Below the pieces are notes generated by a model. It was not told where the DNA came from, made no database searches, and saw only the letters and a program-made list of their open reading frames with translations. A stretch of DNA of 60,709 bases, counting the filler, from Basidiobolus ranarum (lineage: Eukaryota): NCBI GenBank assembly GCA_040143965.1. It is 17 parts of 17 records of this genome, joined end to end, with 100 filler letters (N's around TTAATTAATTAA, not from the genome) between each part and the next. Parts side by side here need not be neighbours in the genome. Positions count along the whole stretch, not along the records: positions 50,115 to 53,580 come from JASJQH010002471.1; positions 53,681 to 57,145 come from JASJQH010002472.1; positions 57,246 to 60,709 come from JASJQH010002473.1; 14 more parts are not named here. One strand, given 5' to 3'. The position numbers and the translations under genes were made by a program. Shown piece after piece: positions 50,015 to 60,709 of the stretch (position 1 is the stretch's first letter; each line of letters starts with the position of its first letter).

Positions 50015-50114
50015 NNNNNNNNNNNNNNNNNNNNNNNNNNNNNNNNNNNNNNNNNNNNTTAATTAATTAANNNNNNNNNNNNNNNNNNNNNNNNNNNNNN
50101 NNNNNNNNNNNNNN

Positions 50115-50803
50115 CTCAATAGTTTATAAAGCATATTCTCAATAAGTAATTTATGAATTATTAAGCTAAAAAGTAGCCAGTTTACTTATAGCATGAGTTG
50201 TTGTGATCCTGGTCCTACACATATTTCCCTAAATGCCAATCTGTCTTTTTCTTTGAAGGTTGCCCTGGCTTCTTGACATGTTGGCTTCTTTGTTTCAGTG
50301 CAGAAATTGTACTTTCTTCTTCAGAAGTTTCTTCTTCTTCATATGGTAGAACTACTTCCCAGACATGTTTCCCTTCAAGCACAAGTTGCATCTTGAATTT
50401 CCATTCATGGAAATCTTCCCCATTGAATGTTAGAATATTAGTAATCACCTTATGGGAAGAAGACTCTAATTCACTTGCTGCTACCATGTTGGAGGATCTT
50501 GACATAATGAGGGTAGAAATTGGGTATTAAAAGCAACTTATGATAGTATGTTTTAGTTACTTTACTCTTAAGAGTATATGGTGACTTATATAGTAGAAAA
50601 GTAAATCAATTGTTTGAGATATCTAGGTGTTTGTATAATAAGATATAATACATAAGTGGGGGTTATAAGACACACATGTTATATTGATATAGAGATATTC
50701 CTATTTGGATTATAGGGGCTATAGATACATTGCTTTCTGTTTCTGATAAATGTATCATAACTAAAGTTAACTATGATGTTGAATAAAAATTAATTATTCA
50801 ACA
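50115..50803 (-). mobile_element. Copia family B 5' end: LTR 50487-50803, PBS TGGTAGCAGC (50477-50486), gag start
   Basis: The LTR end CCAACA is followed directly by TGGTAG. The ORF FNGEDFHEWKFKMQLVLEGKHVWEVV is gag-like. The element is inserted in the host RNase H at KQPSIALS. Confidence 0.9.
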
Positions 50804-52926
50804 GAAAGTGCTATGGAAGGTTGTTTCTTTGAATTCCAAGAAATAGCTCCATTATAGCAAAGAAATAAGTATCCTGCTGTAGATCTCCTGTCTTCAATAT
50901 CTCTTCCCCAATTTGTATCTGAATATCCCATCAGATCAAAGTTTGATCCAGAATATGTGTATTTTAAGCATAGATCCACAGTACCTTTCAAATACATAAA
51001 AATTTGCTTAACTGCTATGATTGATCAGATCCATATTTTTGAAGATATTGGCACATAACTCCCACAGAATATGCAATATCTGGCCATGTTCCAACCATGA
51101 TATACATTGAGCTACCAATCATGTACTGATAAGGAAATTTCTGACTTTTGAAATTGAGTGTTTCCAAGAAAGCATCTATCTTGCTATTCCAAGCTCTTGG
51201 AGATTGTTTTAATCTATATAGTGTTTTCCTGAGTCTGCAAACTTTTTTAGGGTTTTTTGGCTCCACAAATCCATCTGGCTGGTCCACATAGATCTCTTCA
51301 GCAAGCTCACCATTCAAAAGCAGCTTTAACATCCATTTGATGTATGATAAACTAATATTTAGCTGAAATTGCTAAAGTAGTCTACTTGAATTAAACTTTG
51401 CTACGGGAGCAAAGGTTGCTGTATAAGCTATTCCTGGTGTTTGGGAACACCCTTTGGTTACAAGTCTAGCCTTGTACCTTTCTATATTGTCATCAGAGTT
51501 GTATTTAACTTTAAACACCCATTGGTAGCCAATTGATTTTCTATCATCAGGTAAGTTGGTTAAAATTTTAAAGTCTGGGGCTCATGCATTTGAGCTGTAC
51601 AGGCATAGGCCCAATCTTAGGACTCATTGAAATAGCAATCAGGGCAATTCCCGATCCAATTTGATCTCCTGGTTTGGGATAAAGGTACTACAACTTCTGG
51701 CATTTTATTGGGAACTTCAGTATGCAAAATTTTGGTTGAAGGGTCCACAAGAATGCAATTTTCTTCATTATTTTGTATTGTATCAATTTGAATGATTGGA
51801 TCAGGCAAAAGTTGACTTTTGTCTATATCTGAGGTCATTTTGGGTGAAATTTTTCATTTTATTAAGCAAAACATCCCTGGACTTGATTAACTTGAAAATT
51901 TTGGTATCATTCAGTCTGTAGGCCTTAGCTTGAGCATAATAACCAAGAAATATGCATTTCTCACTTTTTGGATCAAGTTTTGATCAATTTTTGGTCATAA
52001 TTTTGACATAAGCAACGCATCCAAAGATCCTTAAATGTTTTACATCAGTCTTAACTCCAAACTAAGCTAGAGATGGCATAGAGTTAGACAGACTTCTAGT
52101 AAAACTCCTACTCTTCAGATATACTGCTATAGTAACAGATTCCACCCAAAAGTCATGACATAAATTTTGTGCATTTATCATAGATCTTGCCACTTCTATT
52201 ATAGTCTTGTAGCTCTTTCAGCAACTCCATTTTGTTGAGGTGAATAAGGGACAGTAGTTTCTTGCTTAATTCCAAGAACTTTGCAAAAATGCTTAAATAG
52301 TGTAGAAGCATATTCTCCACCATTATCAGTATGTATTTTCTTGATTTTAGTTCCAGTTTCAGTCTCCACAAGTGTTTTAAAATCTCTAAAGATAGAGAGA
52401 GCTTCTTCTTTTCTTTCCATAAAGTAGACCCAAGTGTATCTAGTATATTCATCAATAAATGTGATTAAATATCTCTTCCTGCCCAAACATAAATTTTGCA
52501 CAGGTCCACACATATCTGAATGAATTAGATCCAATTTTTTAACAAATTTAATTAAACCAAAGCTCTTAAACAATTGTGTAGCTTATTTTATATATATACA
52601 ACCCTCACAAATTTCCATTTTGGTTGGGGGGTATATTTGAATTTGAGCAATTTGGCAATTTTTGATCATTTTGCTTAAATAATTACATCTAGTATGGCCA
52701 AATCTCTTATGCCTTAATTGAATAGTTTCTTGATTGGAATAACTTATATTTACACATAAACTTCTTTGATTATATGTAAGTTTGTAAAAATTTTGATTCT
52801 TTTCTCCCAAAGCCAAGTAATTCCCATTTTGATCAGTGATGATGCATCCTGACTTACCAAAATTGATTTTTAGCCCTGCTGAGGTGGCCTTGCATACAGA
52901 TATTAATTCTTGGCACTATTTGTAAC

Positions 52927-53210
52927 TGTTGAAAGTCTGGAGACTTGTGGTACAAGCAGTAATTCCTAAAAAGAAGAAAATTTGGAGTATGGTGACTGCA
53001 TCTGAACACAAAGTCTAAAGCCAATCAGTTGCTTGTAAAGCTGGAATGCGAAAGTACTATACATTGACATACTAGGTTAAGGTTCCCCAGCAATATAAGC
53101 ATAGCATACAAGGACAGGTAGCTCAGTGGTTAGAGCACCTTGCTAGAGTGAAGGAGGTCCCAGGTTGAAATCCTGGCCAGACTAACATTTCTCCCTAAAT
53201 AAGTTCAACA
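52927..53210 (+). mobile_element. Solo LTR (284 bp) containing a tRNA-like sequence
   Basis: TGTTGAA...TTCAACA termini, perfect GTAAC duplication on both sides, CCAAT at 53021 and TATAA at 53094. Confidence 0.88.
53112..53184 (+). tRNA. tRNA-like/pseudo-tRNA sequence inside the LTR (isotype not assignable)
   Basis: 73 nt: GGACAGG-TA-GCTC-AGTGGTTA-GAGC-A-CCTTG-CTAGAGT-GAAGG-AGGTC-CCAGG-TTGAAAT-CCTGG-CCAGACT-A. The A box is intact, the B box has one mismatch and the acceptor stem has two mismatches. Confidence 0.7.
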
Positions 53211-54559
53211 GTAACATGTAGTACATCCTTCCAAGTATAAACTTTCTCATCAGAAGCTCCAGTTAAATTAACTTGAATTGCTCCCATTCCAATAGCATCC
53301 AATGTGCAGTCATCCCCTATGAAAACCATTCTAATTGGGATTTCTTCATATGCCACTAACCAATGTTTTTCATTTGTCTCTAACAGAAATTTGAGGATTG
53401 TTATTGTAGGAAAACCGTCACAATTTTAATCCATTTGGGATTGACCTTTTACTTACCATAATAAAATCATCAAGTTAGATTTGATTTTAATCAATTTTTT
53501 CAGTTTCAGGAGTGAAATTTCAAGATCTTGCAAAATAGTTGCAAATGATTGGCTAAAATCTCAGAGAACTATGGATCAACNNNNNNNNNNNNNNNNNNNN
53601 NNNNNNNNNNNNNNNNNNNNNNNNTTAATTAATTAANNNNNNNNNNNNNNNNNNNNNNNNNNNNNNNNNNNNNNNNNNNNCACACAAGTACCCTCCTGCT
53701 CTCTAACCTCTTGTCTCTGTTTCCAGTCCCTGTCCAGTTCCCTATTGTGACATTCTTCATGGTTTCCATATCTGATGAAGCACTTTCAATTCATGCACCA
53801 CAAGCTCTAATGATTAAGTAAACTGGTTTTGGAATAGTAGGTCAATATCTGATAGATACCTGGATATAATCTGGCTTGCTATATAATGAGACAAACATTG
53901 GAAATTTATTCTCATCTTTCCCTCTATTTAATAGAAAATCATTTCTTATTCAACCAAAGATTTTGCCAAAGTATTTCTCATGGGTGAATTCATGGTAAAA
54001 GAGAATATATGTGTCACCAAGTGGCTGCCACACTGATTCACTTCCAAACACTACTTGTGCACTATGTTATTTGACCATTCTATTAGGGATATTTAAAGTA
54101 GAGTTCCAATACATTACTAAAACACATATTCAGCCATTTCAAATTGGATTAGCATTTGCATGCCATTCAATTGCAGTGGCTGATTAGAGATAATATTTCA
54201 AAATGGGATATGTTTGCCTACTGATTCATCCATTCAGGAGTCTTTGGGTTTGGGGAGGTATTCTGGTTATATGTCCACATTTAATAACAAAATTTATTCA
54301 ATTTGTTCAAGACATTTTGGCATTCTCTCAGACACATCTCTTTAAACATGGACAGAAAGTTTTATAGCATATGCTTCAGCAGACAGTGCACAGATTCACT
54401 GAGAGTGCAAGCTTGATGGCCAGGATGGTGTTAGATCAAACTAGATCAATATTATCTGCTGACTTAATCTCACATTACTCAACCATCACCAACACACAAC
54501 TTGTGTCAGTATTTATCTTGCTATTCATATCAGCCATGGTACTGACTTTGATATTAAAT

Positions 54560-54860
54560 CCCTAACAGAAAATTGAGGATTGTTATTGTAGGAAAACCAT
54601 CACAATTGTAATCCATTTAGGATTGACTGTTTAGTTACCTTCATAAAATCATCAAGTTAGATTTGATTTTAATCAATTTTTTTCCATTTCAGGAATGAAA
54701 TTTGAAGATCTTGAAAAATAGTTGCACAGGATTGGTTACAATCTTGGAGAACTATGGATTAACACATGTGCAAAAAACATAACTCAAATTTTACACATTT
54801 ACCACTTGAATGCTAATTTTTCACCTTTGAAATTCCTAGTTTCTTTGATATATTCTCTTG
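54560..54860 (+). mobile_element. Longest copy of the CCCTAACAG element terminus
   Basis: Aligns with 49904 and with 53378-53580 through GAGAACTATGGATxAAC. The right boundary is not determined. Confidence 0.65.
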
Positions 54861-56599
54861 AATATTTTTATTATTGTATTAACATTCCTGAATCAACATT
54901 TTTCCAGCTATCTGGTGGATAGCCTGAGATATTTTGCCACTCTGTATATATTTCTTCCCAGATATCTGCATGGTCAACACCAAATTGCATGTCAAGTTCA
55001 ATGTCTTTCTTCTGAAGCTTTTGTTGCCATACTTGCACTATGTTTTTTCATCACACTTTTGAGAATACTCCTCAAGCACTTTGACTACTTTCATACATCC
55101 TTGTAGTGTGACACTACTGAGGGTACGTTGTGGCATCTGTGTGGCTTTTGCTTGCCTTTAACTCTGGGGTTAATTTCAACACTTTGAAAAGTACCAGTTG
55201 AGGTTGGAGAGCCATGAGTTTTATTTGCTGGTGTTTTGGCTTCTTCAGAAGTGCCAGTTCTTGGATAAACTTCCAAATTTAGCAATCTTCCAACTGGTGA
55301 ACCTGGTTCCATGGTGAAATTAAGCTTTTTTGCCAGTATATCTGACTCTGGAGATGCAGATCTCTGTAATGGTGTGAAGAGTCTGGTCATTAAAACAGTA
55401 GAGCCTGAACTCACTGGCTCCTTTGCTTTTCCCTTAGGCTTACTAATGTCCTGCTCCTTGAGTACTCTTTAGCTGCTTTAATATCTTTTCCAAGTAAATG
55501 ATTGTGTAAGTTTTTGAGATGTTTCATGAATAGGCCTATACTAGCCCATTTGCCATTTGCTTGCAAAAACACAGGATAAGCCACATGATATAAGTCAAGA
55601 ACCTTCAGAGTAATGCCTGGTTTTTAGTTTTCAACAATTGGCTCAAATCCAGGGGATTTTAGGCAAGATTCTACACAGTTTCCAAAATGGTCAACCACTC
55701 ATCATCAGAGCAAGTAATGGCAGCTCCAACCTTCAGAGTCTTTTGGTTTGCCAGCTTTCCAATGATATTTCTACATTCAGGTGCCCAAGCAATTTCAGGT
55801 TGTTGAATAGGCTTAATGGCCCAACACATATTCTGCGCTACTAGATTGTCATGGTGACATTGATATGTATGGTATGGGATTGATTGAAATCCCAGATGAG
55901 AATGGATGGAGAGTGCAGCATGATGCTGTAGCTCAAGTGCAGCATTCTGAAGGTCTTGTATCAATGTTGAGTGACTCTCTAACTGTTGACTAGTTACCTC
56001 CAAATGCTGCATTAATTGTGATATTGCAGCATTATTTCTTGTCATGGCCTATATAGCAACTTTGTAGTTTTTACTTCTGATTGCACACAAATCATTATGG
56101 TATTCTGCCTGCAATTCCTTGTTTTAATAATTCTATCCAAAATTTCTTTGGAGGGTAGTTCAATAGGGGGCAAAGTAGCCATTTTGGAAGTTGATGGTTT
56201 TGATGGTGTTTCTGTTGAACCCTGCTCAAGTATTGATTTAATACATAACTGGGGGACTACAATCTCTTCACTCCACTATTGCTAGAAAGAAAAACATCTG
56301 GTAAATTGAACAATGCTTCTTAATTACTTGAGTTGGTTTCCAGAATGTTAATGCCTTCCAAGGTGCATAGCAGATTGCTAGACTGCTCATCAATGAAGTC
56401 CTCTGTACCTGCTGGTTTATTTCCTTTTGTGCCAGCAGGCTTTTGCTTGGAGGCCAATTGTGATTTAGCTTTTGAATGCTTTTTGAATGGCATTGAAGTT
56501 TTCAGATGGTAAAATTGGTGTAGTCAAATTACTTATTAACAGCTTATAATAAACCAAAATTGTTATCCATAACCAGAAATATCTTGTAAATCCCTTGAA

Positions 56600-57145
56600 G
56601 ACTTATCTGTGACACCAAGTCATCACAGTTATATGACCTAAATGATGTAGATAGAAATGCAACCTTGGTCAAAACCATAAGTCTAGACAACTTTGAGGAC
56701 ATGCCCCCAGATGTTGACCTTGGTTATTCCAGTGCCAATGGTAGTAGATTAAAAGTTGAAGAATAAGACAATGGTTTTTTATGAATTCTTTATTTTTGAC
56801 AAGCATTAGTCAACTCAAAACACTTAGAGTAAAGGAAGCAGCTATGCTTATTGAGGAGTAGGGAGTTCAATCCAATCTTAGCAACCAGGTGTTTATTTGT
56901 TTTCTTACACTTTTACCACAGTTGATTAGCAACTGTTGCTTGCCACAGACCTGGCACAAGTGGAAAACACTTGTCAAGTGTATGACTTATAATCCTTCAG
57001 TAATTAAACTACCTTCATGTCCAAATGGTTGTTTGGCTTTCACCGGTGATCTGAAAAACCTGCAGTCATATACTCTTTGCACACAATTGGCAATCACTGA
57101 ATCAGGTATATACCATTCACATTTGGCTTACATATCATTGATACC
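56600..57145 (+). mobile_element. Decayed CACTA/EnSpm-like transposase N-terminal region
   Basis: SCPNGCLAFTGDLKNL..LC resembles the CPxGCxAFTG motif of fungal CMC/EnSpm transposases; the context is CpG-depleted. Confidence 0.55.
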
Positions 57146-57245
57146 NNNNNNNNNNNNNNNNNNNNNNNNNNNNNNNNNNNNNNNNNNNNTTAATTAATTA
57201 ANNNNNNNNNNNNNNNNNNNNNNNNNNNNNNNNNNNNNNNNNNNN

Positions 57246-57735
57246 ATACACGAGACGACAATACTATTTGGTCCTCGCTCAGCTGGTGCCACAGGCTGAA
57301 AACCACAGTGAATAACATTATTCTCGTGCTGACGCCAAAACTGGACAAGTCTTCGTTTTGTTTCTTTTTCTTCACTAGTCCTGAAGATTCTAGTTAGTAC
57401 TTACACTCGACTATGTTGCTATAAAATAGACTATTGGCATACCAATTCATGGTCATTTCTTCAATGACCCCAGTTAAATTTAAGGAAGCTTTGTTTAGAA
57501 GTGAAGCATAAGTGTTATATGCAACCATAGGCACTGCACCCACTGGCCCATTTGAAGCTGTGTTAGAGTTGGTGGAACCATTAGGAAGGTAGTAATTAGA
57601 AGATGGCGGTGCTGTTTGTTGAATGTCTGTGGAACCTATCGAGTTCTGTGCTTCTGGTTGTATCACTGACTCGTTAGTAGAGGGTGGTCCGTAAAAAGGT
57701 CTCATTGCTGAATGTGGATTGGGTGGGGAAATCAT
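57246..57735 (-). CDS. MedA/Medusa-like (DUF7082-type) developmental regulator, partial
   Basis: LNKASLNLTGVIEEMTMNW|TSEEKETKRRLVQFWRQHENNVIHCGFQPV..IVVSC matches the W..EE....RRLV.F.R / SC pattern of the MedA domain. Intron ~57381-57442. The start may be in an upstream exon. Confidence 0.75.
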
Positions 57736-60709
57736 AAAAAACTCCAAACAGGCTCTTAAATAGCAAAAACTAATCAAAATCACCAGAAGAATATGTCTAC
57801 ACAATAAGTGTAACTAGCTGGAGAACTGTACTATTATAAATATGGGTAGCAAGATAAATAATCCTAATATTTGAACAAGTATTTGAAGGAGGAAGCAGAA
57901 ATTAGCCAAAAGTGTATTCATATACCAAGCAAGTGTAAAACGAAGCCCACGATGCTATTAACAATTGCAAACTCGGCTCAATATAAAAAGGAAACTATAA
58001 GATCAAGTTAAATCTAGAGAAAGGAAACTGGTACAGGTAGATAAACAGATACAGATTAGAATGAAAAGGCAAGACACGAGCGTTAGTTGTAGAGTTTGAG
58101 ATGTCAAAGTTTGAAAGATTTGGAAGGGTAATACAGTGGAGAGGTGGAGATTACCAATCAAGTCTGCTTATAAGTCACGTACATATAGTGGATTGATCGG
58201 AGTTGGTGAAAAGTAGCGCCAAACACAATTATAAATATGTAGTGAAGAAAGAGAGGGCACGGATTTGGATAAATCCGGACTGGATTCAGGTATTGTGGAT
58301 GAATATTACATTGAATCAAAACGGCAAAATTTGAACCCCTAATTTTGCCTTTGTGATGAATCATCTAACTCTGATCATATTCCCAGCCGCAAGAGACTGC
58401 TACTATAAGCATCGACATGTTTCAGAATTCGTAGAGTCATGACCAATTGACTGGGATAGTTTGTCTCATTGCTAGATCTTCTCCAAGATAACGATATCCA
58501 TGACTGTCTGTATGCGTGCAAACTGCGAAAGCTTTGTACGTCATTCAGCATGATGCATATCAGAACATATGTCAACTCAACATATATAGGTGCGTCAGGA
58601 GGAGCAGGCATATGGGAGGTGAGTGGTTTGACATAATCCAAGTCATCACAAAATATGCCGGATGTGCATGAATGTGAGGCCTTAGTTGATTCGATGATTG
58701 ATTTGAATGATTGCGCAATCAGCATACAGATGAGATCTGGATACGAAGTACTTGCAACCATATTAGGAATTTTCCAGAAATCTTCACCTTTCTTGCCTCA
58801 AAAAGTGACTATTTTTAAGGCCTTATTAAACCTTGTTATCTCGATAGTCGCATAGGGTTAGCCTGGTTACATAGCCATATTCCAGACTACAAGGCCAATA
58901 CACGGACTCAACCCTTATCCTTATAAATCTAACACCTGTGATCTCCCGCCTTACTAAGCGCTACCAGTCCTATGGATTGAAGACGTGTGAATTTTTTCTT
59001 TTGCTGGTAGAGCATTTCTTGCGGTAATACCTTTTGTCTCTTTCGAAAGAGTGAGCTAGTAACAGGAGGCTGGCTACACCATCCAACTTCTCTAGCCAAG
59101 GGGCACTAGAAATAGCTCTTGAATATCCAGTCGATACAATGCTAAACAGGAAAACTTTGGGATGATTCCACCGTAATAACTGCTGGTCAAGTGATTGATC
59201 ACCTTCATCAAATTGATTGGAATAAAACCAAAGCAACCTCGTGACCAAAGGGATGAAAATTGTCAGCTTCAACTATAATCTGAATTAGAGCACTCATAGA
59301 TTAATGCTAGTGAATATAGTGAATGATGATTTCATTAATGCCCATGTTTTTGCTAGCCTGCTGTCAGCTCACTTGAAATATTGAAATGGAACTTATCCAC
59401 ACTACTGATCGTACGTGTCTCGCATCAAGTTATGTTGATCTTTGCCAAGCTCAGAAATCCCTCTCAGCCTGACATTTGATGTTTTTAACGATAGTGAAAT
59501 GAAAATACAAGCAGCGACAGTGGTTCTAGATGTCCTAGCAAATTTTACAGAATGGGAGCATGTACTTGAGTAATTGTCTATGAATATTGTGAGATTCCAG
59601 TGCATTTATTAGGTTTATTAAAGCAGCATTCACGTTTATATGGTAGCATTGGAGGTTTATGGCAAGTGTGGTCAAGTTTACATCCTGTAATCCTTGATAC
59701 TACTTTCTCACAACGGTTACCCCGAGTAAGAAATATATGGCTAATATTCGCTAGTAAAAAGGAGAACTGATCGCTAAATGCATACGATCTCTTTCAGCAA
59801 GCAAAATGTTATGTGCAAGTAATGTTGCATGAATTAAGAATATGCTTAGTTTTAATTTATTTAGCATATGCCAGTTCACTCGACACTCTAGTGCATCAAG
59901 TTAGGGCATGATCATTCATATATTCTCATTTACTTTATCAAGATAACACGTAATTTTAACAATACGGTGCTGACACCGGCTTCCTCAAGTCGCCATTCAT
60001 TTGCTAGATTTAATGTGTAGCTAGGTGCTTAATCATGTAAGGCGGCACACCCTAGTTTTGCATAGATCCTCTGTTTGCTTAGATTGGTATTGGTGATCAC
60101 TGACCAAGTCTCGACTGATGTTAAATCCAAATTTGGAGAGATTGGCGTCTGCGTGATTCAAAAGCGTTCATGTTGACATCAAGAGGGTAGCAAAATTCCT
60201 GCTAGTCATTAGATCTAAGTGAATAATTCATCTTAGCTGTTAGATAATTTATTACTTTTTCGGGATTAGAGCATATAATGGTGCTGTCAACTCTGGCAAG
60301 TTTATAAGCGTCAAAATAGGAATCTAAAATACTGTTGCTTAAAACGAGGTACCTAAGCAATACATGTCAGACTGTTTATCAATAGGAGCGAGAGGAACAT
60401 CTTATCAACAATTACGAAAATTTAACTTGATAACAATAATAACAAAGGACACTCCTGGTTAAATATCAATTGTCATAACATTGGTTTATTAGTAGATTGA
60501 TATGACAACAAACAGACAAATATAGCATATGGGATGGAATAAATGGTAGGATTCATCCTAAATTACACACTTCTGATAGTGATATTTGTGGTGGATGGTT
60601 AGGTGGTTCTGTGTGAATCTAACCTCCAACACATGATATTCACAGTCTATACCCCCCCTCTCTCCTCTCTCAGAACATTTTCATCGCTTTCTCTCCTCCA
60701 CATTTGCTC

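Larger units (their letters stand above)
50804..53377 (-). mobile_element. Decayed Ty1/copia pol (protease region, integrase, RT, RNase H start)
   Basis: Motifs VFIGDD..DAIGMG, DLIHSDMCGP, TDNGGEY, PYSPQQNGVAER, YKARLV, EEIYVDQPDGF, LKQSPRAW and GYSDTNWG. It is related to 35828-37440. Confidence 0.92.
3491..57245. other. 16 artificial contig-joining spacers (N44-TTAATTAATTAA-N44, 100 bp) at 3491, 7079, 10666, 14251, 17835, 21417, 24996, 28574, 32151, 35728, 39303, 42877, 46447, 50015, 53581, 57146
   Basis: Identical 100-bp spacers carry stops in all six frames. The intervening segments shrink monotonically from 3490 to 3464 bp, and genes are cut at the spacers. Confidence 0.98.

Noticed and set aside
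53112-53184. Functional tRNA-Ser(AGA) or tRNA-Sec
   Set aside because: No long variable arm, two acceptor-stem mismatches, TTG instead of TTC in the T loop, and it lies within an LTR.
3535-57201. TTAATTAATTAA recurring every ~3.58 kb as a periodic biological repeat
   Set aside because: It is always centred in N runs and the contigs are length-sorted, so it is an assembly linker. ORFs ending in X..LIN are artefacts, and no cross-contig gene cluster can be inferred.
58375-59605. ORF fragments suggesting a helical-repeat protein pseudogene
   Set aside because: Broken frames on both strands with no diagnostic motif.

Overview
This window is not one locus. It is 17 unrelated small contigs (3490 down to 3464 bp, in decreasing length order) joined by an artificial N44-TTAATTAATTAA-N44 spacer, so gene order across spacers is meaningless. 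The DNA is AT-rich, intron-dense fungal genomic sequence. By inference it comes from an early-diverging lineage (Zoopagomycota/Mucoromycota-like, e.g. Basidiobolus); this is not verified. Recognisable, mostly partial genes: P4-ATPase flippase, complex I subunit B8 (NDUFA2), CoA-transferase/acetyl-CoA hydrolase, O-methyltransferase, Pho80-like cyclin, MIC60, CDF metal transporter, DGAT2, DOA10/MARCH6, EST1/SMG-like protein, ABCB/MDR transporter, bHLH factor and a MedA-like protein. There are also several orphan secreted or membrane proteins. About a third of the window is decayed, CpG-depleted, nested Ty1/copia and DNA-transposon debris with several LTR families. Most interesting signals: (1) a secreted protein built from ten C-x18-C beta-hairpin-like repeats; (2) a solo LTR with a 5-bp TSD that carries a complete tRNA-like cloverleaf; (3) six regularly spaced CGG-N5-CGG elements, mostly paired with forkhead-like sites, upstream of the MDR pump; (4) a U6 snRNA gene with an intact 5' core but a remodelled catalytic stem-loop; (5) a CDF transporter lacking both metal-binding aspartates; (6) copia families using two different tRNA-iMet priming modes.
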